From Callorhinchus milii (lineage: Eukaryota): a stretch of 64,000 nt of DNA. Positions 26,462 to 38,818 of this stretch are shown piece by piece (position 1 is the stretch's first letter; the number at the start of each line of letters is the position of its first letter). The stretch covers positions 62,310,001 to 62,374,000 of the forward strand of contig NW_024704745.1 in assembly GCF_018977255.1 (NCBI RefSeq), given 5' to 3'. The translations under genes were made by a program, and so were the position numbers. The notes below the pieces were generated by a model. The model saw only the letters and a list, made by a program, of their open reading frames with translations. It did not search any database and was not told the DNA's origin.

Positions 26462-27784
26462 AGTCACTAAGGGGGAACATGTAGATTAGTTGAGGGAGCA
26501 TATATATTGATTCGAAATCCCAAAGACTATGGTTGCAAACTAAATGGGGTCAAATAGAGGCAATTTCTAATAGGATCATTTAACAATGAATCTTTAAGTT
26601 GGGACCTTCCAGTAACTAGATACCTGGGTGAAATAACTCTTCTCCAACACAATCTACTTTCAGAGCACAGTTCTTGCGAAAACTATGAAGTACTTCCAGT
26701 TTTCTTGTTATGGAATCCCATTTAAAAAAATACTCCATATCAGATCCCCATTACTTCTGGATAGTTCAAGTAAATCAAACCTAAAATTGTTTTTCTACTT
26801 GTGCCTTTCCTCATCTATCGTATATCATCTTTTACTATTTACTGTTATCATCACAAAAAGAACTGGATTTTAAATGTTTGTTCATGAACAGTAAATTGTC
26901 GCCCCAATAAATTTTAGTTTTCACCAGAATTGATAAATTGCTTCTCATCAGGCTCCCTTCGTAAGCAGGCGTGTTGGGAGTTCTCTCTACATCTGTTAAT
27001 GTCCCTAAACGTCGATTTGTCACCACAACAACTTTAAACCACCTCCTTGGATTTTCACCAATCTTGATAAATGACTTTGTCTGCTGAGGCACTGTTCCTT
27101 TGGATAATGGGCTTACAAGGAATTATCCTACCATATGTTCATAGATTCCATCTTGGAGCACTAATTTGTAGCTTCAATAATTTAAAAGCTCAATTAGTTT
27201 TTCACCAGATATGATAAGTGACTTTGTCTCAGCAGACGCATGAGTTTTTTATGAAAATGAGTATGCTTAAAACTGCCCATAAATTTGCTTCTGGTTATAA
27301 ACTGGTTTGGTACTTCAGGACTATAATGCTTTATCAGATTGTCTGGAAACGTAAAATGCAATTTTTGTTTCATTAAGCTGTGATTGTTTGTCATGTTGGG
27401 CTTGTTGAAAACTGTCCATAGGACCCCCTAAGTCTCCCTTCTCCCACGAACATTAAAAGTTGTGTTCTCGTTCATATCACCCAGGAAAATGCATTGCCTG
27501 CTGTGTCTAGTAATGAATCATTGACACTGATGTGAATGAATTTTCTACAGCTTTCCTTCTATTCCAGTCTACTATAGTCATTATATGTGTTGGTGGCTTC
27601 CTGGAGCTTGAGGTTGGTGTGCGAATGATGCCAAATGATGTGTTCAGTAGAGACTTGAAGGACATTTGCTGCACCCAGTGATGGCATGTTTATCGACTGG
27701 CTGAAGTCTGAATTCCGTATTCCAGTAATAATTTCTATGCTACAGACTTAATGCAAAATTGTAAATGACCACCTGGTTAAAAGG

Positions 27785-28045
27785 CTCCACCAATGGCCAA
27801 GCATTCAGTCATTATTTCCCCCCCCACCCCCAACCTCTGGAACTCCCTGCTCTATCCCTCCACTTCACCGCCTCTCTATCAATCTTTAAATCCCAATTTA
27901 AAACCTACCTCTTCCACTACGCCTGTGGTCACCTCCCCATCCCCCTTCCACCTTGCTCAAATTCCAATCCCACCCCTGTGAAGGGCTTTGAGACATTATC
28001 TTAAGTTTTTGTAAGTGAAGGGCACCACATAAATGCAAGTTGCTA
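27785..28045 (+). mobile_element. L2 3' end
   Basis: ctctggaactccct...ttaaaacctacctcttc...gtgaagggcaccacataaatgcaagttg. Confidence 0.7.
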
Positions 28046-28841
28046 AGAATATAAGACCTTGCTAGGTGAAAGAAGACCAAGGTGTATCTAGTTCACCTAC
28101 TACCATCCTGCCAGTCACTTGACATGTTGTGTCCCAAACTATATACTGTATCCTGAGATATTATTTTCTAGCAGAAAAAAAAGTTGATGTTGTGACCATC
28201 AAACCTCCAGGTAAAATTGTTCATTTTATGCCATTTTTTGGGACGTTGCTGTGCACAAGTCGGTTTCTGTATTTGCCTACAATGTACAAAGTTACTACAC
28301 AACAGTAAATCCTGTGAAGTGCTTTCCGATGTTTTGATGTCATGATAAAGCACTAAATCAAATGTAAGAATTATTATTCTACCAGAAGTTATTTAGCAGA
28401 GTAACAAATGTCCAATCCTTTCGGGTTTTTGATTTTTTGGGGCACCCTCAATATATCAATGTCTATCTCCAAAAGTACAACTTGGATGAAAGGCCTTCAT
28501 AGTAGTTTTGCAACATAGTTGACATATTTTATTTCTGTTGGACTCTGCAAGTGTTGATTTTCCAACTGGTGCTTACACTTCTTTTTTGAGTTAATGTGAC
28601 TCCATATTGAAGGTCAGAACTCTTGATTTTACAGTGAACCTGACTTGGGAGGCAATGCTAGGAACTGCAGCCAATCCAGCCTCTCATGCTTAAAATGTGA
28701 ATGTTTCTGGAGTGAGAATAAAAACCAATGGAAGCTCGAAAAGCCATGAGTCCCAGTAGGGCTGTATTAATTGTTCACTATGACATCAAGAGAAAGCAAT
28801 GTCTTAACACTGGCCCATGTCAAGATCACCTTGCTTCATCC

Positions 28842-29044
28842 ATAATAATTCCTCCAAAACAAAAAACAATAATAAATTGGTCATTTTCAATCCATGACTG
28901 TTTGTGGGACATTGCTGTGCGCAATTGGCTGCCGCATTCGCCCACAAATATACAGTCAATTCACTTTACAGTATATTCTGTGAAGCGCTTTGGGACATCT
29001 AGAAGATGTGAAAAGCGCTATATCAAATGCAAGGATTAGTATTA
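28842..29044 (+). mobile_element. SINE 3' half, 200 nt upstream of an MRPS9 exon
   Basis: aattggtcattttcaatcc...gcgctatatcaaatgcaaggatt. Confidence 0.9.
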
Positions 29045-29244
29045 TCCAGCATGTAACAAGAAAGATTCCTCCACTTTTAAAAATCAAATTCAACTTGTGT
29101 GTAAAGGTAGAAATCTATTAATACCCATATTCAAATTAGAAAAGATTCAGTTGTATCATTGGAGTAAATATGAGCTTTTTTACATTCAGTGGCAAATCTC
29201 AGTGAGTTACTTGAATTCAGTGGATTTTGTTTTCTTTCCAATAG

Positions 29245-29320
29245 AAATTTAGTTGGAGGCAGGTGGTTGACAAAAGATGAGCTGGAAAAGCTGCTGCTGG
29301 AACCAATTTCTGACCATGAC
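29245..29320 (+). CDS. MRPS9: MRPS9 coding exon (76 nt)
   Basis: caatag|AAATTT...CATGAC|gtgagt; NLVGGRWLTKDELEKLLLEPISDHD, human [25 protein letters not shown]. Confidence 0.95.
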
Positions 29321-31794
29321 GTGAGTTTTTTGTTACATAGTGTATTTGAAATAGGAGTATATTGCAAAGAAATCTAGCTGAATTTAACAATTGAACTATA
29401 AAATAAAGAGTAATGTGTTAAAGAATGGATGGAAGCTGCACCAACAAGTGTAAACTTCTAAAAGAAGGAATTCAAGGAATCAGTGGATCACAACTACTTT
29501 TGATAACATAAAAATCCTGGATATATTTCGACTGAGAGTAATACAGATAGAAGTTATTAATCTTTTAGATTCTCTTAGCTCATATTAATGATAGATGAAA
29601 ACCTATAGCATGCAAAAATATGGTATGTGAAAATTATATCAAGATCACAATATCAACTAATTACACGTTAGAAATTTGAGGAAACAGCACAGTAAACCCC
29701 CAGCTTACTGGCCTCTGGGTGTCCTAGCGTGAAGGGCACTTTACAAATGCAAGTTGTTGTTATCTGGAATTCATACCTAGCCCCAAAAAAATCCACGGCC
29801 CACGTGTAGACTCCCTCCAGCCCACTTTCCTAACGCACTCCCCCGCCTCACTGGCCTTGCTGACCTTTAGGGGCCAGAGATATTAATTTTGACTCGGTTT
29901 GAATCCCACGAGCAGAAGATAGTTATCCGCTATCTTATGCTCACAGGATTCAAACATTTACAATGCCAGTACCGATTATCGAGCCAGTTCAAAGCTACAA
30001 GAAGACCCCGCTTACCTCTTTCTCTCAACCCCACCTTCACCCTGAAAGAGGATAGTCAAAATTATATTTCTTAGATCTCAAAACTCTTAACTTTAACCGA
30101 TTGCAGTATGTCAACTAAGATATGACTCTTCTTGAGATCTTAAGAAACCCGATGTGGAATCCAATATGAGGAGCTTTCATGTACCATTTGTTGATACTTG
30201 AGAGAAAGGTTTATAGGACATCCTCCAACATGAAAGGCACTATACAAATGTAATTTTGTTGTTGTTGTTACAGTCTGGTATATCATGGTACGTATGTGTA
30301 TATATTTGGTTAATCAAATCGATCAGAAATACTACATTATAATTGGGTTAATTAAATTTTTGCACTTGCCCAGCAAGAAGGCTAATGACGAATTAAGCCC
30401 TTTTTTATTTTAATTGACTGTCACTTGTCCAGCTATTTTAGACATTGCTGGTAGATTGGTGGTCTGGAGGTTCTGTCTGCTTTAAACAAATAATTTGATC
30501 ATACTAGATGACATTCTTAGTTGCTCTGTAGTGGTTGTATGTTTGTTCCCCTTCTGTTGCGTCAGGACTGATTTTTAATATCTGATTTTCTCTCTTAGCT
30601 TAATTTCATGCTCAGAATGAATATGAAAAAGTATAAGAATTAATATTTTCATAAACCATTCGGTGATCAAAGTGAGGGCTGTTAGTGCTGGGAACTGGAA
30701 CACTGTGCCATTTCAGATGCCTACAACAGCATTAGGCAACATCAGGCCAACAGGTATCCAGTCTGATGCATAGAAGTCTGCACTTTACAGTAAAATTCTG
30801 TGAAGTGCTTTGAGACATCCTCCCAATGTGAAATTTTCTATAACAATTTTTTTTATTTATAAAGTGAGTGACCAAACTTAGACTATGAGATCAAAGTCCT
30901 GAAAGGGGGGCTTGAGTTTCCAACTTTCCAACTCAGAGCTGAGAGTGATACCAGCTTCGAGGCTGACATACAATGAATGCTGCGCAAGAAGCAATTTTGT
31001 TCAATGAGTGTGAAACAAGTTTTAGAAAGACTGATGATACAACAGTGGAGTTTGAATTACATTTTTTCTTATTTTTATTTTGAGGATATGAATTTTCTTC
31101 TAATTCCCTGATCCCCTTAAAAGTTTTGAAGGAAAGGAACAAGATAGCCCGATAGCTACATTGGAAAGGAAGAAGTAGGCATCTTCTTAATTAAGAATGC
31201 TTCATGGTGGGTGACAAGGTTTGACATCCACGGAAATGACTTCAGGCTAAAACATGTTTTCCACCTAACAAAGGATGTTGTGCAGCTACAGGAAGATTCC
31301 TTAGAAATTAAATTGTTTTTAAAAAATCAAGTTGATATTTTGTTTGCAAACGTTGATATTGTAACTGAATGTAAATGTCATTGTTATCCATATTTATTTG
31401 GTTCTAAAGACGTAACAGCATACCTTCCAAATAAATATAATAACTATAATTCCAAATAAATCAGGTACACAATAAAGCTTCACTTTCACTCAGGGCAGGT
31501 AATTAAAGGCAGCTTTCTGAGTTGTTCATTGTCTTGTTCTAAAATTGGTTTTGTGGTGTATTACTGAAAATTGTTGAAACTACTTTCCCAATCCAAATCT
31601 GAACAGTACATCGCCCAGTTTCCTGTTTTGGAACTACTGTTTAACAGCAAAAATGTGTTTTAAGATGTGTGGGAGAGATGATTTGTTTAATTTTAATAAT
31701 TCTTGCATTTGATATTGTCCTGCTATTTATATGGTAATCAAGAGCTAATCTCTCTCTCTGGTAAAATTAGTTTTCCCTTTTCTTCTTTGAACAG

Positions 31795-31963
31795 TATGTG
31801 CACTTTATTCAGTTACTGGAGCGGATGCTGTCTTCTCCATACTGCAACATTGAGGAAGAATATGTGATGAAATTCCGCAGAGAGATGGAAGTTCAATCTA
31901 AGAATCAGATAATTGAGCCTTTGCAGTTTGATGAGACTGGAGTGGCCTTCAGCAAAGGAGAAG
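31795..31963 (+). CDS. MRPS9: MRPS9 coding exon (169 nt)
   Basis: gaacag|TATGTG...GAGAAG|gtaaca; YVHFIQLLERMLSSPYCNIEEEYVMKFRREMEVQSKNQIIEPLQFDETGVAFSKGE(G). Confidence 0.96.
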
Positions 31964-31986
31964 GTAACACAATAACTTGCATTTAT

Positions 31987-32390
31987 ATAATAATAATAAT
32001 CCTTGCATTTGATATAGCACTTTTCACGTCTTCTAGACGTCTCAAAGCGCTTCACAGAATATGCTGTATAGAGAATTGACCGTATATTTGTGGGCAAAAC
32101 GCGGCAGCCAATTGCACACAGCAGTGTCCCACAAACAGTAGTGGATTGAAAATGACCAATTTATTATTGTTTTGTTTTGGAGGGATTATTTTTAGATGTG
32201 TGGAGAAAAGAAACTTGCCCAAGGTTTTGCCCTGCCTGGAATTGAATCCAGGTGTCCTGCTTGCAAGGCGAGTGCTCTCACCACTGAGCTACAGGATTCC
32301 AATCTACTAATAAAGGGATTCCTACTTCCTGCTAGGTAAACAGAGGTGTTTGTACGTGTGTAGTAAGGAAACATACTTAAGGTTTTAATA
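31987..32390 (-). mobile_element. Short-subfamily SINE (31987-32301) abutting a long-subfamily SINE fragment (32302-32390)
   Basis: Full SINE starting about 24 nt after the exon donor, then gctaggtaaacagagg...gtaaggaaac. Confidence 0.88.
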
Positions 32391-32399
32391 TAGTGCCAT

Positions 32400-33420
32400 T
32401 CACGGGGGTAGCATCCCAGAAGCTTGAAAAATACACAGGTGGATTTTTTATTTCTATCCCTCATCTCTTCCTGGACCTCCTCCCCACCCGGCCACAATCT
32501 TCCACCCTCTCTGGCTTTGGTCCATCCCCCTCACTACCCTCCATGCTGTCTCCCCTAGCCCTGCCATGCCTGCTGGCTGATGATGTCCTGCTGATCGCTC
32601 TTTTCCCAGTCTCGGGTTGCGTGTTTGGTTACCGCTCAGATCCAAGCCTCCATCTCCCAAAATGCCCCCGCTCCTACTCTCCACCCTTCGTTACTCCCAC
32701 TCAGTCCTTCTCTCCTAGAGTCCTTCCCGTCTTCTCTCTCTCCTGTACCCTCCCCCAGCCTCCCTCTACTCCAGCCTGGGCATCCTCCACCAGGCTCACC
32801 ATGGTACTCAGCTATGGTTTTCCCAGAGCACCCACCCCGACTGCCATATCGCCCACCTCCGACAGGTAAACCCCACTTCCCTCATCCACATCCTTCCCAA
32901 CTCTCCCCCCTCATACTCGACAGTCGTTTTCCCCCCCTCCATAATCTACAACGAGCTCCAAATGCTGCTCCGCCTGCACCCCCACTCACATTAGCCTCCA
33001 AAATTTTTCTCTCCCTCTCAAATAAAGCTCTTACAATCCAAGAACCTCATACTGGAAGAACAATCGATCACTTCTCCTAAACCTTCAATTCCTCTTGCCC
33101 TCTTGAAAACCAGGTCCACATCTCCAAGCCTACCCGCTCCCCCTGGTACAACAGTTTTCTCCAGTCCCTCAAATCCCAAAACTGGTTGCTCGAGCACAAA
33201 TGGCACAAAACCAGCCTCACGATTCACCGCCAACTGTGGCTCAAGCATCTTCATACCTACCACCGCTCCCTCTCTCAAGCTCAAAATACTTTTTACTCAC
33301 AGGTCATTCCTGATGCCAAAACCAACCCCAAAATCCTGTTCTCCAATACCCAGCACCTCCTCCGCGACCCCTCTCAAGCACCCTCGATCCTCACTTCTGA
33401 TGACAAGTCCGAACGCTGAT
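32400..33420 (+). mobile_element. Degenerate, internally deleted L2 5'/middle portion
   Basis: C-rich; LSNKALTIQE (endonuclease N-terminus) joined directly to SPWYNSFLQSLKS...LEHKWHKTSLTIHRQLWLKH...NPKILFS (EN-RT linker). Confidence 0.75.
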
Positions 33421-34713
33421 ACTTTTCTTAATTTACTAACATTGAGTCTTCCATACCCTTTCAATCATACATTATTACTTTGCTGGATAAGAAGAGCTGC
33501 CTTTTTTTCAAAAAAATAACTGCACACAGATCACACATTCTAGATATAACACAAATCAGGTGGGTATGAGGATTACCTTCATAAATTGATTGAAATAAAA
33601 TTCCAGAGATTTTAATAACTAACATCCACTCTTCTCCCTGCCAATATAACTATATTTTTAAGGAGAATAATGCAACGCGGTCTTCAGCTAAGTGGAAAGA
33701 CAATTTTGAACTGTGTGTATGTGGGTTATTATTAGTATTGCATACTTTAAAGACATGAATGTTACTGAAGTAACTCAACAGATGGCAACTAATGCAAGAA
33801 AGATTTTGTGAGGAAGGAGTTTGGTTGCACCCCAGCTGTTTGAATGTCATGCTTCATCTCGTGCTTAAAGTTTGCCATGTTGCATGTGCTGGTGATGCAT
33901 ATGGTTCACAAATTCTGAACTCTTCAGTAATGTAAATGAAACCAGACTGCTTGAAATCTCACTTTTTCAATGTGATGAAAACTGAATGATAATCTCAGTT
34001 ATTGGTTTCAGATCACAGCTGGATTATGAGAAGCCATGCAAGTCAGTACAAGTCTGACTGAGTGCTGATGAGCGTGTGTGATTACTACAAATAATATAAC
34101 CTTCACAACAGAATTTGCCCTCGCTGTGCAAATCTGACTAAGTTTGTAAAGTGCGGTACTGGCTATCCACAAAAGTGGTTGTTCCAGCCATAGAAAAGAA
34201 CTCTTCCCAAACCCACTATTCATTGATGCTGTTGCCTTTGACGTGCAGACACTAGTTTCTAACTGGTATCTCTTTGACAGCAGTGTGGATGGTTAGTACC
34301 TTATGCCACTGCTCCACTGCAGTATTTGTTGTATATAAGGAGCTCCGCCAGCAGCATCCCAATGTGGATGATTTTTACTAATGGAGAACCAATGTAACAA
34401 TTTGTTATTTACTAACAGGAAAAGGTTAGTTCATTGGGCACTTAAATGAGTTTTAACTAGAAAAAAATTGCTTTGCACCAGTTGCAATTTTACCACAACC
34501 AAACCAGTCTGAGACTACCTGTTTGATGTGGTCTGAGGCAGCTCTGGTACGTCCATTCATACATAGATCAATTCTTGTCAGTTAATCGGAATGCTGTTTT
34601 TGTATTTATTTGATCCAGTTTTTGTGTCAAACCAATTCAAAATATTGGTACGATACGAACCTATCAAATAAATATACAATCAGCAGTCCAATTGATCTTG
34701 TATTCTCGTAAAA

Positions 34714-35541
34714 TAGTCTCAGAGGTAGTCTATCCTGACGTAATTGTAAGCATACAAAGAGGGGAGCACAAGTTTTGACCGTGAAAGTCTATTAAATCTA
34801 ATCTCATCTGAAGGATCTGCGCAGACTGTACAATTCTCTTCAATATAGCCAGGCAATTATAATAGAACCCTGATATAGATTATATCCTTCTATACTGCCC
34901 TGTGTGAAGGGCGCTATAAAAAGAAAGCAAGTTTATTGTTGTAATGCACGTCATTATAACGCGACTTCCCTTATGTAAGAGATTGGACACTGATATATAC
35001 TTAACAAAAAATCAGAAATGTGAGCAGAAAGCTGACTGGCTCACTTCAAAATGCCTGCCATATTTCATGCACTAAAAATGTCCGACTGCCAAGTCATCAA
35101 CTTGCTGTCATCGTTGTTGCCGGTCCGTATCTTAAAGCGAGCCAGCTTTCTGTGTGTGCACAGTGAGCGTGAAACGTCTGACTGACAATTGCATCCTAGT
35201 TGGAATTTCGTAACTTCTGACTGACAATTGCATCCTAGTTGGAATTTCGTTTACCCTGCTGTGTTAAACTTAATAGTCACATTATACTCTGGAGTAAAAT
35301 GGCAGTCGCATCCTAATTGGAATTTTGTGGACCCAAACAACTGTGTATAGTGTATACTCTGGAGTATAATGTGGCAATTAAATCTGCTTCTTCTAATTCC
35401 TGGGAGGTCAACTATCTTGCGGCATTGTGCCCCTGAATAGCAGACCTGTCCAAAAGCTTCAGTATTTCCTTGAATTCTGGTCTGTCATCAGTTACTGAAT
35501 GCATTTTTTCAGAGCCATTGGATAGACTACCTCTGAGACTA
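34714..35541. mobile_element. Non-autonomous DNA transposon with perfect 22-bp TIRs (TAG...CTA ends, Academ-like)
   Basis: tagtctcagaggtagtctatcc (34714-34735) is the exact reverse complement of ggatagactacctctgagacta (35520-35541). Confidence 0.75.
35177..35250. repeat. Tandem duplication (39-bp period) inside the TIR element
   Basis: tctgactgacaattgcatcctagttggaatttcgt twice; a third degenerate copy near 35310. Confidence 0.9.
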
Positions 35542-35706
35542 AAGTTCCTGATCATTTCAAGCTTAGGGTTAAAAGCAAAATGCTCTTGAGACTATGATGT
35601 ATATCAAGATCAGAAATATCATGTGATGAGAATGATCTCATCATGGCACTGTCAGGAGGATCTGAAGGACGTAAGGATATTTTCCTTCACCTTCAACTAA
35701 GAATTG

Positions 35707-35775
35707 GAATCATAGAATCTTACAGCACAGAAGGAGGCCATTCGGCCCATCGTGCCTGTGCCAGCTCTTTGAAAG
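35707..35775 (-). mobile_element. CR1-type 3' tail
   Basis: aatcatagaatcttacagcacagaaggaggccattcggcccatcg, the reverse complement of the tail type at 46410-46455. Confidence 0.75.
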
Positions 35776-35789
35776 AACTTTCTTTCCAG

Positions 35790-35889
35790 GTTCCGACGAA
35801 AGATCATAGACCTGAAATGTTAACTCATTTTCTTTTCTACATAGATGCTGGACCTGTTGTGTGTTCCCAGCGACTTCTGTTTTTATTTC
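35790..35889 (+). mobile_element. Penelope-like element terminal fragment with a degenerate minimal hammerhead motif
   Basis: CCGACGA-aagatc-ata-gacct-GAAA-tgttaac followed by ...agatgctg.gacctg.tg.gt.ttcccagc.acttctgtttttattt. Confidence 0.6.
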
Positions 35890-36092
35890 TTTCTAAGTTT
35901 TGTTGTAATGCTATCAAAAAATGAACCTACGTTATAGAAATGTTTAACACAGTTTGCATCATATACAATTTTGCTTTTATATAGTGCTCTTTAAGCGGGG
36001 TAGTGGCCACATGCCAATTTATTGACATTTTGCTCCTATGTACTTACATGAGAACAGTTTAAACTGTTAATGATTCCAAATTTTAATTACAG

Positions 36093-36201
36093 GTAGAAGA
36101 AAAAGTTCAAGAGCAACAGTAATAGTCCGAGAGCCTGGAAGTGGGAAAATAACTGTGAATGGATTAGACTATTTGCATTATTTTCCAGAGCTTCAAGAAA
36201 G
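36093..36201 (+). CDS. MRPS9: MRPS9 coding exon (109 nt), start of the uS9 domain
   Basis: ttacag|GTAGA...GAAAG|gtgatg; GRRKSSRATVIVREPGSGKITVNGLDYLHYFPELQER, with the S9 GRRK...G.G.I.VNG motif. Confidence 0.97.
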
Positions 36202-36444
36202 GTGATGTACCTATTGGTTGTATGTAGCATGGAACAAACAGAAGCAGGGTTGGGAATGCAAATCTTCTATTGGGAAACTAAAAAAACATCTAAAGAAGAA
36301 TGTGTTTAAATGTATTCATTTATTGCTTTAATATTGAATACCATGAAACCTTTCTCTGAAAAACATGGTAATGCAGCTGTACAGATTTTTTTTAAAAAGT
36401 TGCCCGAATCATTGCCCAAGTAACTATTTGGAAATCGATCAGTA

Positions 36445-36755
36445 ACACAAGCGAGAGGACCTGGGTTTGATTCTTGGCAGGGAGAAACATTGGGCAAGTT
36501 TCCTTACTCCAAACACCTTTGTTCACCTAGCAGTAGGAACCCAGTTGTTAGTCGATTGGCGTATCACTTTTAATAATCCCTTCCCAAAAATAAATAAATA
36601 AGAAGAATTTGGTCACTGAATCCATGACTGTGTGTGCAATTGGCTGCCACGTTTCGCCCACAAAATATACAGTCAATTCACTTCACAGTATATTCTATGA
36701 AGTGCTTTGAGACGTCTCAAAAATGTGATAATATATCAAATGCAAGATTTATTAT
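36445..36755 (+). mobile_element. tRNA-derived SINE, long subfamily, 5'-truncated
   Basis: gcgagaggacctgggtttgatt...atcaaatgcaagattttatt. Confidence 0.85.
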
Positions 36756-36890
36756 ATGTGTTTGTTATATAATTTTTATCTGAAGCTTTGTTTTGAATTG
36801 TTAGTTCACTCATTCTTCAGTTATCCAATTAGATCATCAAAATAAAGTGAATACTATGGTTTGGCATTAACTTCTTTCTATGGTCTCCAG

Positions 36891-37060
36891 AGAACAATTG
36901 ATGTTCCCAATCCAGTTCCTGGGTCGACTCGGAAAACATGACCTGGAATGTACCGTATCAGAAGGAGGGCGTTCTGGACAGGCAGGAGCTATTCGACTGG
37001 CTATTTCTCGCGCTCTGCTTAGTTTCATTAAAGAGGATGAGATTGAGCACATGAGACAAG
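36891..37060 (+). CDS. MRPS9: MRPS9 coding exon (170 nt)
   Basis: ctccag|AGAAC...GACAAG|gtaaaa; [56 protein letters not shown], with the S9 signature [15 protein letters not shown]. Confidence 0.98.
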
Positions 37061-37788
37061 GTAAAAAAGCCAGAATTTCAAACCCAAAGTTATTTGCAAC
37101 CCGTAGCAGGTGCCACTGACCATATATGTCAGGGCAGCAATGATTGCAGCCTTTGATCAAGGGAATGTTTCTTTGCATAAAATCCCAACCCCAAATAACC
37201 ATAATTGTATTTCATTGAGAAGCATTTGTGTGCTGGTTTTGAAAGCATGTGTATATTAATTTGATACAGGGAATGGAAAAATACTTGTAGTAATGAAAAA
37301 AAGCAAAAAAGTCATGTAAATTAATTTGAGCATTAAAATTCAGTGTTGAGCAGCTTTTTAGTAATTCACTGTTTTCGATGTTATTTTTTATCAAGATTAA
37401 ACTTGAGTTAAAGTAGTCACCTAAACTTAGTTACAATAGAGCAAAAGTGACAGTAAATGGTTACACATGCAAAAGGCTGATGTGAAGCTCTCCTGCTCAG
37501 TTGAAGTAAAGATTCTGACAAAACTGCATCCTCCAATAAGTTATATTTTTGAGGGGGTTTCAATAAATTTGTGCAATCGTTTTTCTTAACAAAGAATGAA
37601 AAAATGAAAACCAAATTTATACTTGAGATGTTTTGATACAGAACGCAACATACTGTTCCAAGGCAGTTGTAAAATCAACATGTGTTTTTGTTTTCTTGTA
37701 CATCCATTCATAAGTATAGATATTAAGATCTATAAAGTCTTCAACATGTTTTCTTCAATTCAGAGTTACTGTTTCAGTTTACTTTTAA

Positions 37789-37893
<105 letters not shown>

Positions 37894-38086
37894 TCAGCCC
37901 CCTTTCCTGTGAAGTAACCCTGAGGTGGTTTGAAATCAGAAGCAGAACTCCCAACAGAACGTGTAGTGTGGACACCTGCTTAAACATGTTTAAAGTCTCA
38001 AAATCATTACTGTCTTGCTCTTTATTTCCTACAAGTAAAAACAAATATTATCCTATGGATTTATTTATCTGCAACAGTTCTAGGAT

Positions 38087-38092
38087 ATTAAA
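38087..38092 (+). promoter_or_regulatory. Candidate MRPS9 polyadenylation signal (ATTAAA)
   Basis: ATTAAA about 195 nt after the stop, followed by T-rich sequence; no transcript evidence available. Confidence 0.45.
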
Positions 38093-38818
38093 GAAATACT
38101 TTTCTATTAATTATTTGGCTGTAAAATTTTATTTATGTATATACTGAGAACATTCCACATTAATTAATTTACTAACTTTATTTTGTAAGGAACTAAAACA
38201 GTGCTTTCATTTTAACATGTTTGATCCGAGCACATCACTAGATCCGCTGTAAAAAAAATAAGCTGTTAGGAACATTTTCTGGTACCTTTCCTGACATTCA
38301 ATGGGTAAGACTACACAGATTCCTGATGCCATATGGTTTCATCCAAAACCAGCACCATTTCCTCCTCCTGGGCCCTATGAACTTCTACCCTTGGGCCCAG
38401 CTTAACTATTTTTCATTCCACAATTGGTATGTCCTGTTCTGTTTGCATAAGTGTGTGAAACAAATTTGTACTAATATTGTGTCTATTTCAACTTCCAGTT
38501 ATTTTCAAGTCTAAAGGATTTTTTTTTCTTAAATGCGCTTAGTTTGTGACATTCCATAAATGAAACACAACAACCTCCAGTATTTACAGTTGTACCTCCT
38601 GTGAGAATATAATTCTTATATAGGCAGTGTCCTGCAGTGCTTCAGAGTAATATGCTTGTAAAAGCAACTTCATTGCCTGCAAAGATCTCCATAGACTATA
38701 CAGATCGCTTTACTCTCCACCTATAGCTGATTGTAAATGTGTTTATCTATCCAGTGAGAACATTCTGCATGGATTAATTTACTATTTTGTTTTGTAGCTG
38801 ATTGAAACCATATCTTTT

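Noticed and set aside
36089-36096. Alternative acceptor 4 nt downstream (acagGTAG)
   Set aside because: Would shift the frame; the upstream AG gives the conserved GRRK, and there is no evidence of use.
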